Source: Malacoraja senta
Lineage: Eukaryota
Direction: 5' to 3'
DNA: 64,000 nucleotides
Assembly: GCA_038087875.1 (NCBI GenBank)
Contig: JAXLNO010000226.1
Span: 1-64,000, forward strand
Position 1 is the first letter of the stretch, and the number at the start of each line of letters is the position of its first letter. Shown piece by piece: positions 1 through 11,769 of this stretch. A program made the position numbers and the translations under genes. The notes under the pieces are model-generated. The model made no database searches and was not told where the DNA came from. It was given only the letters and a program-made list of their open reading frames with translations.

Positions 1-78
1 TTCTTTCACCAAATATGTGGAGGTTCACAAACTCGTCCAGCGTTCTAGCGGGAGTTTACGTCTGCACGCCGAACGTAC

Positions 79-224
79 TTTGCATGGACTGAACCAAACT
101 CTTCACTGTGTCGGGACGCACACTCAGAGCTGCACACTTCTCCATCAGGACCGGAGGAATATGATTGAACATGTCCAGGTTGTCCATCGAATCAAGGTCA
201 ATCCTCAAAGAATCCATGAATTGC
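79..224 (-). CDS. PTPN23: PTPN23 (HD-PTP) internal exon, ~human exon 15 (V domain)
   Basis: Minus strand reads QFMDSLRIDLDSMDNLDMFNHIPPVLMEKCAALSVRPDTVKSLVQSMQ. CAG acceptor at 225-227, GTACGT donor at 73-78. Matches the recalled vertebrate PTPN23 sequence. Confidence 0.93.
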
Positions 225-305
225 CTGTTATCAGAGGACAGGAAAACAAATCAGATTACAAATTAGTCCCTGCGGGATATTCATAAAATCCACCCTCCCC
301 TTTAA

Positions 306-577
306 ACAGGGTAGACAAAAAAGCTGGAGAAACTCAGCGGGTGAGGCAGCATCTATGGAGCGAGGGGAATAGGTGACGTTTCAGGTCGAGACCCTTCTTC
401 AGACTGATGTGGGGGGGGGGGGGGCGGGAAGAAGAAAGGAAGAGGCGGAGACAGTGGGCTGTGGGAGAGCTGGGAAGGGGGAGGGGAAGGAGGGAGAAAG
501 CAGGGACTACCTGAAATTGGAGAAGTCAATGTTCATACCGCTGGGGTGTAAACTACCCAAGCAAAATATGAGGTGCT
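306..577 (-). mobile_element. Penelope-like element 3' fragment (end of GIY-YIG ORF plus terminal repeat)
   Basis: Reverse complement of the EQHLIFRLGSLHPSGMNIDFSNFR* tail and downstream terminal repeat seen at 56900-57200. Confidence 0.75.
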
Positions 578-650
578 CAATCTAATATGATTAAATAGAA
601 CAAGTTGTCCTACAACCTTAGGCTGTGCACGCCATACGCAGGAAGAAGAA
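578..650 (+). mobile_element. 5'-truncated copy of the ribozyme-headed short retroelement
   Basis: aaatagaacaagttgtcctacaaccttaggctgtgcacgccatacgcaggaagaagaa matches the 3' half of the element at 32175-32313. Confidence 0.8.
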
Positions 651-868
651 CCCTATCCTACACCCACTAGGGACAATTTTTACATTTATACCAAGCCAAT
701 TAACCTCCTAACCTGCACGTCTTTGGAGTGGGGAGAAACCGAAGATCTGGGAGAAAACCCACACAGGTCACGGGGAGAAGGTACAAACTCCGTACGGACA
801 GCACCCGTAGTCGGGATGGAACCCGGGTCTCTGGCGCCAGGCAGCAACTCTACCGCTGCACCACCGTG
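651..868 (-). mobile_element. tRNA-derived SINE (HE1/V-SINE-like)
   Basis: Reverse complement of cacggtggtgcagcggtagagttgctgcct...gacccgggttccatcccgactacgggtgctgtc (Pol III A/B-box-like head). Many copies in the window. Confidence 0.8.
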
Positions 869-960
869 ACTGCCCATCAACACCATTTAACAACATTCGT
901 ACAATGATTTGTGGGATTATTGCTAAGCAGGTAAATATATCAATTTGTTACAATACCTAC

Positions 961-1027
961 TCTAAAACTTCATTTTTGGTGTCTATTTTATCCACGACTT
1001 CCCCGTAGTAATTTAGCTTTTTCTTCA
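961..1027 (-). CDS. PTPN23: PTPN23 exon ~14; carries an apparent +1 frameshift in a C4 run (1001-1004)
   Basis: Reads EEKAKLLR[+1]EVVDKIDTKNEVLE. CAG acceptor at 1028-1030, GTAGGT donor. 67 nt long where the flanking exon phases need 66. Confidence 0.88.
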
Positions 1028-2474
1028 CTGGAAAACAAAAGGAGAAAAAACGTAAAAGCACGGATTACAATCACAAAGATATATTAAAATACTTGTGCAA
1101 TACAATGCAGTGCAAAATAAAATGGCCCCCACTGCAAGAAAGGAATTCTTTGCCACAGACGGCTGTGGAGGCCAAGACAATGGGTATTTTTAAGGTGGAG
1201 ATTGACACCTTAAACCTGTTATGGGGAGTTATGGGGAGAAGGCAGGAGAATGGGGTTGAGCTCTGAACCGGCCCTGCTGAGTGCCCCCACCCCCATGAAC
1301 TGTCTCCCTCGGATGGTCACATCGCACATCGACCCGGCACACACATTTGCACGTTAGACTGTTTTGACTGTTTTACTGTTCTTTTTATAAACCATGTTTC
1401 TCGGGGTATCTACATTTTATTAGTTGTTTAAGTTATAACATCGGATGGAAGCTGCATATCAAATCTCGTTGCACCTATGTGCAATGACAGTAAAAAGATA
1501 TTATTATTATTATTATTATTGAGAGGGAGAGATAGATCAGCCATGGTTGAATGGTAGAGTAGACTTGATGGGCCGAATGGCCTGATGCTGACATGAATTT
1601 ATGAAGAAAATAATCTGGAAATACAGCATATTCAATTTTTCCTGTCGAAAAAAATGTTGACTTTTGATTAGTCACTTAAATGCAACAGCACCCAAACGTT
1701 CCCTGACAATTATAATATTAATAAATACCAAGGGCCAAATGAATTGAATTAAGACAAAATAAATGACACACTTGGTATCTTCAAAGAGAGCAAATCAAGG
1801 GCAGCTGACTCATCAAAAGCACAGACGGCTGTGGAGGCCAAGTTATTGGGAATTTTTAAGGCGGACATTGACAGATACTTGATTGGTAATGGTGTCAAGG
1901 GTTGTGGGGAGAAGGCAGGAGAATGGCAGGGAAAGATAGACCAGCCATGATTGAATGGCAGAGTAGACTCAATGGGCAAAGCATTGCATTTAGTTTGGGC
2001 TTTTACTGTTTTTCTTTGTAATGGAGCTCTCCCATCAAGGTACATAATTCACTTGAATTCTTAGTGTAGGAAGGAACTGCAGATGCTGGTTCACACCGAA
2101 GATAAGACACAAAGTGCTGGAGTAATTCAGCGGGACAGGCGGCATCTCTGGGCGGAAGGAATGGGTGACGTTTCGGGTCGAGACCCTTCTTCTGACTGAG
2201 AGGGTGTTGCAGGACTCTTGTTAGATAGAGGAGAATTTCTTCAATATAGGCATGCCGAGGAGATTTCGCAGTGGAGCAGACGAAATGTGTAGGAAGGAAC
2301 TGCAGATGCTGGTTTATACCGAAGATGGACACAAAATGCTGGAGTAACTCAGCGGACGGGCAGCACCTTCCCCTCCTTCTCCCCCGACTCTCAGTCTTCC
2401 ATTATTATCGTTATTTTAACTGCCTGAAGTTACTCGTGCTCTTGATTTCGGACTGATAAATGACAATGGTAGAA

Positions 2475-3683
2475 AGTGCCCTCCATAATGTTTGGGACAA
2501 AGACCCACCATTTATTTATTTGCCTCTGTACTCCACAATTTGAGATTTCTAATAGAAAAAAATCACATGTGGTTAAAGTGCACATTGTCAGATTGTAATA
2601 AAGGCCATGTTTATACATTTTGGTTTCACCATGTAGAAATTACAGCAGTGTTTATACATAGTTCCCCATTTCAGGGCACCATAATGTTTGGGACACAGCA
2701 ATGCCATGTAAATGATAGTCATGTTTAGTATTTTGTTGCATATCCTTTGCATGCAATGACTGCTTGAAGTCTGTGATTCATGGACATCACCAGTTGCTGG
2801 GTGTCTTCTCTCTGGTGATGCTCTGCCAGGCCTGTATTGCAGCCATCTTTAGCCTCTGCTTGATTTGGGGGCTAGTCCCCTTCAGTTTTCTCTTCAGCAT
2901 ATAAAAGCATGCTCAATTGGGTTCAGATCGGGTGATTGACTTGGCCACTCAAGAATTGACCATTTTTTTTTAGCTTTGTGCACTTTAACTGCAGTTGTAC
3001 AGGGTCTTGGTGAGACCACACCTGGAGTATTGCGCACAGTTTGGTCTCCTAATCTGAGGAAGGACATTCTTGCCATAGAGGGAGTACAGAGAAGGTTCAC
3101 CAGACTGATTCCTGGGATGTCAGGACTTTCATATGAAGAAAGACTGGATAGACTCGGCTTTTACTTGCTAGAATTTAGAAGACTGAGGGGGGGGGGATCT
3201 TACAAAATTCTTGAGGGGTTTGGACAGGCTAGATGCAGGAAGATTGTTCCGATGTTGGGGAAGTCCAGAACAAAGGGTCACAGTTTAAGGATAAAGGGGA
3301 AATCATTTAGGACTGAGATAAGAAAAAGACTGAGATAAGAAAAAAAAAATTACAGAGTGGTGAATCTCTGGAATCTCTGCCACAGAAGGTAGTTGAGGCC
3401 AGTTCATTGGCTATATTTAAGAGGGAGTTAGATGTGGGCCCTTATGGCTAAGGGATCGGGGGGTATGGAGAGAAGTCAGGTACAGGATACCGAGTTGGAT
3501 GATCAGCCATGATCATATTGAATGGCGTGCAGGCTCGAAGGGCCGAATGGCCTACTCCTACACCTATTTTCTATGTTCTAGTAACCACATGTGGGTTTTT
3601 TTCTATTCCAAATCTCAAATTGTGGAGTACAGAGCAAATAAATAAATGATGGGTCTTTGTCCCAAACATTATGTAGGGCACTG
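2475..3683 (-). mobile_element. Tc1/mariner remnant with long TIRs, interrupted by a CR1 fragment
   Basis: Inverted termini gtgccctccataatgtttgggacaaagaccc... / ...gggtctttgtcccaaacattatgtagggcactg followed by TA. Minus-strand WPSQSPDLNPIEH transposase motif near 2910-2950. Confidence 0.85.
2987..3578 (+). mobile_element. CR1-clade LINE 3' fragment nested in Tc1
   Basis: WSPNLRKDILAIEGVQRRFTRLIPG...YEERLDRLG (CR1 ORF2 C-terminus) plus the family 3' tail. Confidence 0.85.
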
Positions 3684-3828
3684 TATACCATCGGACATGC
3701 CATTCTGATTCAGACATTTGCTGTTACTTTCTTTGTTGGAGTCAGAATCCTGCAACTCATATTTAAATATCCACTGCTGAATCTACAGCAGTACAGTTCT
3801 GCATGGAGGTTTCAAGCCTCAGGCTCAC

Positions 3829-3943
3829 CTGTACAGAGACGAGGCCTCATGAGCTTCCATTGGCACCAACTTTGTAAAGATGTCAGGACCAGTCACGTTT
3901 GGGTCAGTTGGGTTGACAGGGAGGGCTTTTACCAGCGACGCTC
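3829..3943 (-). CDS. PTPN23: PTPN23 exon ~13
   Basis: GASLVKALPVNPTDPNVTGPDIFTKLVPMEAHEASSLYS. CAG acceptor, GTGAG donor, 115 nt. Confidence 0.95.
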
Positions 3944-4217
3944 CTGGTAAAAATACACGACCACAAGATTTAAAACATCCCATTTATTTCCAAATGACAT
4001 ACAGGTTTGTAGGGTACGTAGTTTCGTTTAGCGATACAGCGCGGAAGCAGGCCCTTCAGCCCACCGGAGTCCCAACCGACCAGTGATCCCCGCACATTAC
4101 CTATCCCTACACACGCGAGAGACAATTTACTTATACCAAGCCAATTAACCTACAAACCTGCACGTCTTTGGAGGTGTGGGAGGAAACCTGAGATCAAGAG
4201 ACAATACACAATGCGTG

Positions 4218-4358
4218 TCTTCTGCTTCTTGCGTATGGCGTGCACAGCCTAAAGTTGTAGGACACTATGTTTTATTTGATCTTATTTGATTGTGCACGCA
4301 GGTTGTTTGCATTCGTCGAAACAGGGCAGACCACGTGAAGGTTGCAATCACCCACCCC
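4218..4358 (-). mobile_element. Full-length ribozyme-headed short retroelement (HDV-like 5' fold, GAA tail)
   Basis: Minus strand begins GGGGTGG...; imperfect target-site duplication acaatgcgtg (4208-4217) / acaatgggag (4359-4368). Inserted into a CR1 3' tail. Confidence 0.8.
4305..4358 (-). ncRNA. Predicted HDV/CPEB3-like self-cleaving ribozyme (54 nt)
   Basis: GGGGUGG-GU-GAUUGCA-ACC-UUCACGU-GGU-CUGCCCU-GU-UUCGA-CGAA-UGCAAAC. P1 has a G1-U wobble; P2, P3/L3 and J4/2 CGAA are present. Folded by eye. Confidence 0.72.
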
Positions 4359-5906
4359 ACAATGGGAGTAGGAGTAGGCCATTCGGCCCTTCGAGCCAGC
4401 TGCCGCCATTCAATGTGATCATCGCTGATCATCCCCAATCAGTACCCTGTTCCTGCCTTCTCCCCAGATCCCCTGACTCCGCTATCTTTAAGAGCCCTAT
4501 CTAGCTCTCTCTTGAAATAATCCAAATAGCCGGCCTCCACCGTCCTCTGAGGCAGAGGAATTCCACAGACTCACAACTCTCTGTGTGAAAAAGTGTTTCC
4601 TCATCTCCGTTCTAAATAGCTTACCCCTTATTCTTAAACCGTGGCCCCTGGTTCTGGACTCCCCCAACATCGGGAACATGTTTCCTGCTCTAGCGTGTCA
4701 AAACCAATAATAATCTTATGTGTTTCAATAAGATTTCCCCTCTCATCCTTCTAACTCTAGATTATACAAGCCCAGCCGCTCCATTCTCTCAGCAGATGAC
4801 AGTCCCGCCATCTCGGAGGAAACGCACGCAGGTCACAGGGAGAACATACAAACTTTGTACAGACAGCAACCGTAGTCAGATGGAACCCAGGTCTTGGCGC
4901 TGCAAGGCAGCAACTCTACCGCTGCGCCACTGTGCTGCCTCAATTGGCTTGGTATGATTGAAAATTGTCCCTAGTGTGTGTAGGATAGCGTAAGTGTGCG
5001 GGGATCGCTGATCGGCGCGGACTCGGTGGGCAGAAGGGCCCGTTTCCGCGCAGGATCTCTACGCTAAACTAAAGTGAACGACAGCTAAAGAACAAAAATG
5101 TTTGGGCGTTTATTGTCTTTCTTTGCAATGGTGTTTTGTGTGACATTAGACTCTGCGATCACATGAAACGAACAACATGATTCACTTTAATTCTTGCCCA
5201 GATAGCCCATTTACTGATCTCAATCACGTTAAAACACAATGTCTCGCTTTCGCTCTTTCAATCTTCCACGTTTACCAGCTCTTTTAACCACCTGAAGACT
5301 CATGGCCCTCGATTCCGAACTCAAAAGGACAATGATATAGCCATACCGTCGCCAAGGCACGTGCCATTCTGATAATAGAGGACAATCCCAGTCTTCCAAC
5401 CTACCTCATTTCAGCCCTTGCACTTTTTCCTCTGTAACTGGTTAATGCTATAACCTGTAACACTATATTCTGCATTCTGGTATCCTTCCCTTGCATCGCC
5501 TGTTGTACCTGCGTGTGACCTGACTGTACTCATGTATAGTATTATCTACTTTGACAATATAGCATACGATCAAGGTTTTTTCCACTGATCTCGGTTCACA
5601 TGACAATCATAAACCAACAGTAGAGTTGCTGCCTCACAGCGCCGGAGACCTGGTTCGATCCCGACCACGGGTGCTGTCTGTGCGGAGTTTGAACGTTCTC
5701 CCGTGACCTGCGTGGGTTTTATCCGAGATCTTCGGTTTCCCCCCACACTCCAAAGACGTGCAGGTTTATAGGTAAAATTGGCTTGGTATAAGTCTAAATC
5801 GAGGGATTCTCAGGGGTCAATTTGTTTGATTCTGGATGAGTACATATTTTTTCTCATTGACTGACTGTGTTTGTTTCTGGTTATACCGGTATCTGTTCAT
5901 CATTAA

Positions 5907-6236
5907 AGCCCTGTCCCACGGTACGAGTTCATTCCATTAGCTCTCCCGAGTTTTAAAAAATCAAACTCGTGGTAAGCACGGAGAATGAACGTAGCGGGTA
6001 CGTCGGCGCTCGGGGACGTCACTTAGCGGCTCGTAACGCTAACGGCAGGTACTCGGGAAGACACGCTAACGGCAGGTAAGCACGGGAAGAGTCTTGAAGA
6101 TTTTTCAACCTGTTGAAAAATGTCCACGAGAGCCTCGAGTACCGACGAGCGGCCATTACCGTAAATCTCCGAGTTCGAATCAGGGCAAACTCTGGAGAGC
6201 TCTTGGAATGAACTCGTACCGTGGGGACATGGGCTA
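5907..6236. mobile_element. MITE (PIF/Harbinger-type non-autonomous DNA element)
   Basis: TIR agccctgtcccacggtacgagttcattcc / gaatgaactcgtaccgtggggacatgggct. Related to the element at 11489-11769. Confidence 0.7.
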
Positions 6237-6467
6237 TTAGTTGTTCATAAATAAGTGAAATAACATTGTTATGTGCTACTCAAGTTGCCAGGGGTGAAAG
6301 GAAAGGAAAAGGTTGGGAACCCCTGGTCTAAATAGTCCCGAGTGTGTAGGAGAGTGTGGTGTGCGGGGTGATCGCTGGTCGGTGCGGACTCGGTGGGCCC
6401 AAGGGTCGGTTCCGCGCTGTATCTCTAACTAAACCTAAAGTATTGAGCATAATCTAAGAAAACTTGC

Positions 6468-6547
6468 CTTTCACGGATGTGAGTGAATCAATGGGTGGCA
6501 CAGTCTCGTGGTAGACAAAGTCATTATCCTTCTTGGCTGCTGTGTAT
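6468..6547 (-). CDS. PTPN23: PTPN23 exon ~12 (GC splice donor)
   Basis: YTAAKKDNDFVYHETVPPIDSLTSVK, containing the conserved Bro1 KKDNDFxYHE motif. TAG acceptor, donor AAG|GCAAGT, 80 nt. Confidence 0.93.
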
Positions 6548-7008
6548 CTATGCAGAAAAAGGGTGATCAAATGTGGAGGAAAAAAAAATAATGGATATTA
6601 CTCACCTTATTTCTTCTTCCCCCCAACCCATCTCCCCCCCCCCCCCCCCCCAACAGTAAAATGTGTGTTGGTAACACAGCAACGATGATGGAAACAAGGA
6701 ACTACTGACGCTGGTTTACACAAAGGGACACAAAGTGCTGGAGTACTCAGCGGGTGGGTCAGGCAGCATCTGTGGAGAACATGGATAGGTGACGTTTCAC
6801 AGAGTGCTGGAGTAACTCAGCGGGTCAGGCAGCATCTGTGGAGAGAAGGAATGGGTGACGTTTTGGGTCAAGACCTACAGCAGATGTGTTTTTTCCGATC
6901 CATGTTCTCCACAGATGCTGCCTGACCCGCTGAGTTACTCCAGCACTCTGTGTCTATCTTTGGTGTAAACCAGCATCTGCAGTTCCTTCCTACACATTGG
7001 TGACTTAC

Positions 7009-7067
7009 TTTCCCCCAATGACATCCATGGTAAAACGCAGGGCTTCTTGTACAGTCTCTGGTTGCCC
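7009..7067 (-). CDS. PTPN23: PTPN23 exon ~11
   Basis: GQPETVQEALRFTMDVIGGK. TAG acceptor, GTAAGT donor, 59 nt. Confidence 0.95.
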
Positions 7068-7879
7068 CTAAAACAGAGGGAGATTCTCAGTCTACCTTTA
7101 TGCTGTACATCGGTATGCAACAATATACAGGTAACACAAACAACATTTCCCCCCCCTCACCTCCCCCCCCCCCCCCCCCGCCAATCCACCAACACTCAGC
7201 CCATTTACAAAAGTCATTTCAGACAAATCAGAGTCGAATCAGAATTCAGACAAATCAGAATCCTATGGGATGTGGGAGGAAACCAGAGCACCCGGAGGAA
7301 ACCCACGCAATGGTTCATATTATCACCTGTACCCAGGTACAGCGAACAGTGGGAGAGTCCAGGACCAGAGGGCACAACCTCAGAATTAAAGGATGTTCCT
7401 TTGGGAAGCTGAGGAAGAATTTCTTTAGTCAGAGGGTGGTGACTCTGTGGAATTCTCTGCCACAGAAGGCTGTGGAGGCCACAAGTCAGTGGATATTTTT
7501 AAGGCAGGGATAGATAGATTCTTGATTAGTACGGGTGTCAGTGGTTATGGGGAGGAGGCAGGAGAATGGGGTTAGGAGGGAGAGATAGATCAGCCATGAT
7601 TGAATGGCGGAGCAGACTTGATGGGTCAAATGGTCCAATGCTGCTCCGATCGCTAATGAAGATATGAAATTGGTATGAAAAGATTCTCCTGGAATCTTTA
7701 TTTACTCATTTCACACAGCATCAGGATGAATGTGCACTTCTCGTGTCTTTGTCCTCCTCCCCAGTACTCAGTACTGCAAAGGAGAGCTCAGTACTGCAAA
7801 GAATGAGAGCACATAAAAGAGCACAGCACAGCAACGGGCCCTTCCATCCACAATGTCCACGCCGAACATGAAACCACAG

Positions 7880-8491
7880 TTGAATATAGGAGAAAAGAGG
7901 TCCTTCTGCAGTTGTACAGGTATCCAGTGAGACCACACCTGGAGGATTGTGTGCAGTTTTGGTCTCCAAATTTGAGGAAGGACATTCTTGCTATTGAGGG
8001 AGTGCAGCGTAGGTAGGTTCACAAGGTTAATTCCCGGGTTGGCGGGACTGTCATATGCTGAGAGAATGGAGCGGCTGGGCTTGTACACTCTGGAGTTTAG
8101 AAGGATGAGAGGGAATCTTATTGAAACATATAAGATTATTATGGGTTTGGTCACGCCAGAGGCAGGAAACATGTTCCCGATGGTGGGGGAGTCCAGAACC
8201 AGGGGCCACAGTTTAAGAATAAGGGGTAAGCCATTTAGAACGGAGATGAGGAAACACTTTTTCACACAGAGAGTTGTGAGTCTGTGGAATTCTCTGCCTC
8301 AGAGGGCGGTGGAGGCCGGTTCTCTGGATGCTTTCACGAGAGGGTTAGATAGAGCTCTTAGGGATAGTGGAGTTAAGGGATATGGGGAGAAGGCAGGAAC
8401 GGGGTACTGATTGTGGATGATCAGCCATGATCACATTGATTGGCGGTGCTGGCTCGAAGGGCCAAATGGCCTACTGCTGCACCTATTGTCT
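7880..8491 (+). mobile_element. CR1-clade LINE 3' fragment
   Basis: ORF 7988-8410 (RFTRLIPGLAGLSYAERMERLGLYTLEFRRMRG...TRGHSLRI) plus the 3' tail. Confidence 0.88.
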
Positions 8492-9319
8492 ATTTAAACA
8501 AATTCTTGTTAGATGCCCGTATCCTGGCGAAAGACTGCGATCACCTTATCCATGCCCTCCGTGATGTTATAAGCCTGTGCCCCTGCATCACACCAGGGAA
8601 AAATAAATCTCACCAATATGCCAACTTGGTGGGCATGGGCAGGGTGGGCCGAAGGGCCTGTTTCGTGCAGTGTTAATCTATGGCTCCAATGGATAGTGAC
8701 AATGGGTGCAGATGTCTTCTGTGAAGCCGAGGATGAATGTGTGAGACAGGAACTGAGTTGGTCCTGGCCACTCCCCTCTCCCATCGGGCAAAAGGTACAG
8801 AAGTGTGAAAACGCGCACCTCCAGATTCAGGGACAGTTTCTTCCCAGCTGTTATCAGGCAACTGAACCATCCTACCACAACCAGAGAGCAATCCTGAACT
8901 ATTATCTACCTCATTGGTGACCCTCGGACTATCCTTGGTTGGACTTTTATCGTGCACTAAACATTATTCACATTTTCTCTTTATCATGTATCTGTACACT
9001 GTGGATGGATCAATTATAATCATGAATAGTCTTTTCCGCTGACTGGTTAGCCTGCAACAAAGCTTTTTATTGTACCTCGGTACACGTGACAATAAACTGA
9101 ACTCGAACTTGAAGCTGCCACATGGAAGTCCACTGCAGATCATGGACAGTGCGGAAATAGGCCCTTCGGCCCACCTTGACCATGCTGGCCAACTTGGCTT
9201 TTGCTAGCTAGGCTGGTCCCATTAGCTTGTATTTGGCACAGAGACCTCCAAATATTTCCTATCCCTTTTCTGTAATCAATTGGCTTACAAAGTCGCCTTC
9301 CAATAAAGCAGGACCTTAC

Positions 9320-9376
9320 CTTTGCATACTTGATTGCTTCGTTCAACTTGTCGAATGAACTTTGAAAGTATGCAAG
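9320..9376 (-). CDS. PTPN23: PTPN23 exon ~10
   Basis: LAYFQSSFDKLNEAIKYAK. CAG acceptor, GTAAGG donor, 57 nt. Confidence 0.95.
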
Positions 9377-9434
9377 CTGCAACAACAAAACAGGAATCAA
9401 TCTGAAATGTCCCCCCAAGCAGATGAGACAATCA

Positions 9435-10250
9435 CCAGGTTAATCCCTGGGATGGCGGGACTGTCATATGCTGAGAGAATGGGAGAGGCTGGGCTTGTAT
9501 ACTCCGGAGTTTAGAAGGATGAGAGGGAATCTTATTGAAACATATAAGATTATTAAGGGTTTGGACCCGCTAGAGGCAGGAAACATGTTCCCGATGTTGG
9601 GCGAGTCCAGGACCAGGGGCCATAGTTTAAGAATAAGTGGTAAAGGGCCTGTCCCACTTACATAGAAACATAGACAATAGGTGCAGGAGTAGGGCATTCG
9701 GCCCTTCGAGCCTGCACCGCCATTCAATATGATCAAGGCTGATCATCCAACTCAGACCTTTACGTGACCTTTACACGTGATAGGTCGCTGAAATTTTCAA
9801 CATGTTGATAATTCAGCGGAAACCAGAAAGAAGCTACGACTCTTTGGAGACCTCTCACGACCATACAGGCGACCCCTGGCGACATGTCGCGGGTGACCTC
9901 TCACGACCATAGGAGACCTCTCACGACCTATCACGAGTGCCAGCAGTCGCCTGTAAAGGTCGCATAAGTGGGACAGTCCCTTAAGCCATTTAGAACAGAG
10001 AAAAGGAAACACTTTTTCTCACACAGAGTTGTGAGTCTGTGGAATTCTTTGCCTCAGAGGGCGGTGGAGGCCGGTTCTCTGAATATTTTCAAGAGAGAGC
10101 TAGGTAGGGCTCTTAAAGATAGCGGAGTCAGGGGATATGGGGAGAAGGCAGGAACGGGGTACTGATTGGGGATGATCAGCCATGATCACATTGCATGGCG
10201 GTGCTGGCTCGAAGGGCCGACTGGCCTACTCCTGCACCTATGGTCTATTG
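9435..10250 (+). mobile_element. CR1 3' fragment split by a MITE
   Basis: CR1 sequence breaks at ...gaataagtggtaa and resumes at taagccatttagaa after 9981. Confidence 0.8.
9644..9981. mobile_element. PIF/Harbinger-type MITE with TAA target-site duplication
   Basis: Termini agggcctgtcccactta / taagtgggacagtccct. TAA duplicated at 9641-9643 and 9982-9984. Confidence 0.8.
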
Positions 10251-10322
10251 TAATTTTAATTCATATTCCGATCCACATTACAAATTCAGAAGGGGAAAAC
10301 GATGGCGAATATTTCCACTCAC

Positions 10323-10370
10323 CCTTTCTCCATATTTCTGTTGCTCCTCGGATTGTTTGCCCATATGTAG
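10323..10370 (-). CDS. PTPN23: PTPN23 exon ~9
   Basis: LHMGKQSEEQQKYGER. CAG acceptor, GTGAGT donor, 48 nt. Confidence 0.95.
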
Positions 10371-10439
10371 CTGTAATAAAGCACAAAAAGTCTTCAGAAA
10401 AGCAAGAATGGTCTAGTTACTGGGAATAGGAAAGAATTA

Positions 10440-10770
10440 AGTATGTAAGTTTATTGGCCAAGTATTCACATACAAGGAATTTGCCTTGGTGCTCCGCCCA
10501 CATGTAACAACATGACATAGTGACAGTTACGAATGACTCAGAAAACACTAAACATCAATAATAATAAAACATTAATGATAAAACACCATTGATCAAGCAT
10601 GTGAACCAACAAAATACCAGATCAAAGGGAGGCTACAGATTTTTGGCTGTTGAGTAGAGCAACTACTCGTGGATAAAAAGCTGTTTTTATGTCTGGCAGT
10701 GGCAGCTTTGACAGTCCGGAGTCACCTTCCAGAGGGAAGTGATTCAAAGAGTTTGTGGCCAGGGTGATCA
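10440..10770 (-). mobile_element. Rex1/Babar-like LINE 3' fragment
   Basis: Same family as 63040-63457 (shared 3' UTR with taag-repeat tail; FYPRVVALLNSQK end). Confidence 0.65.
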
Positions 10771-11488
10771 GTGATTTCACAAAGCATAAAATTACATGGG
10801 CAAGTAGGGCCGAAGGGCCCGCTTCTGTGAGGGACAGGGAGGGAATGCAGGGATTAGAGAAATAAACATTTGTGCTGCTGGGTTGTAAACTGCCCTCAGT
10901 CCACTGAAGGAGATGGATTGTCAGCACATGTTAAGTTGCTATTGTCAATGGTAATGTTTTCCAAAATAAATGATCCCATTTCACTTAATTAAACAAATTT
11001 ACATTTCCCAAGTAATTATGTTTAGTTTAGTTTATTGTCACGTGTACCGAGGTACGGTGAAAAGCTCTTGTTGCGTGCTAACCAGTCAGCGGAAAGACAA
11101 CACATGATTACAATCGAGCCATTCACAGTGTACAGATACATGATAAGGGAATAACGTTTAGTGCAAGGTAAAGCCAGCATGGATGGTCCGAAGGTCATCA
11201 AAGAGGATCATAGTTAAGGCAGAGAAGGCGAATCTGTGGAATTCTTTGCCACAGACGGCTGTGGAGGCCACAAGTCAATGGATATTTTTAAGGCAGAGGT
11301 AGATAGATTCTTGATTAGTACGGGTGTCAGAGGTTAATGGGGAGAAGGCAGGAGAATGGCGTTAGGAGGGAGAGATAGATCAGCCATGATTGAATGGTGG
11401 AGTGGACTTGATGGGCCGAATGGCCTAATTCTACTCCTATTCCTTATGACCTTAAAGAAAGAAATGTTGCTGTTGGAATAGAGACTTA

Positions 11489-11769
11489 AGCCCCTGTCCC
11501 ACGATGCGAGTTCACCCAAGAGCTCTCCCGAGTTAAAAAAAATCAAACTCGTGGTACCTCATCCCGAGTATTTTTTTACTCTTGGAAATTTTTCACTGTT
11601 CAAAAAACGTCACGAGTTACCACGTTTCCCGAGTACTTGCCGTTAGCATTACGAGCCGCTACGAGACATCCACGAGCTCCAACGTACCCGCTACGTACTT
11701 ACCACGAGTTTGATTTTTTTTTAAACTCGGGAGAGCTCTTGGGTAAACTCACATCGTGGGACAGGGCCT
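11489..11769. mobile_element. PIF/Harbinger-type MITE with ~65-bp TIRs and TTA duplication
   Basis: tta|agcccctgtcccacgatgcgagttcacccaagagctctcccgagtt...aactcgggagagctcttgggtaaactcacatcgtgggacagggcct|tta. Confidence 0.8.
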
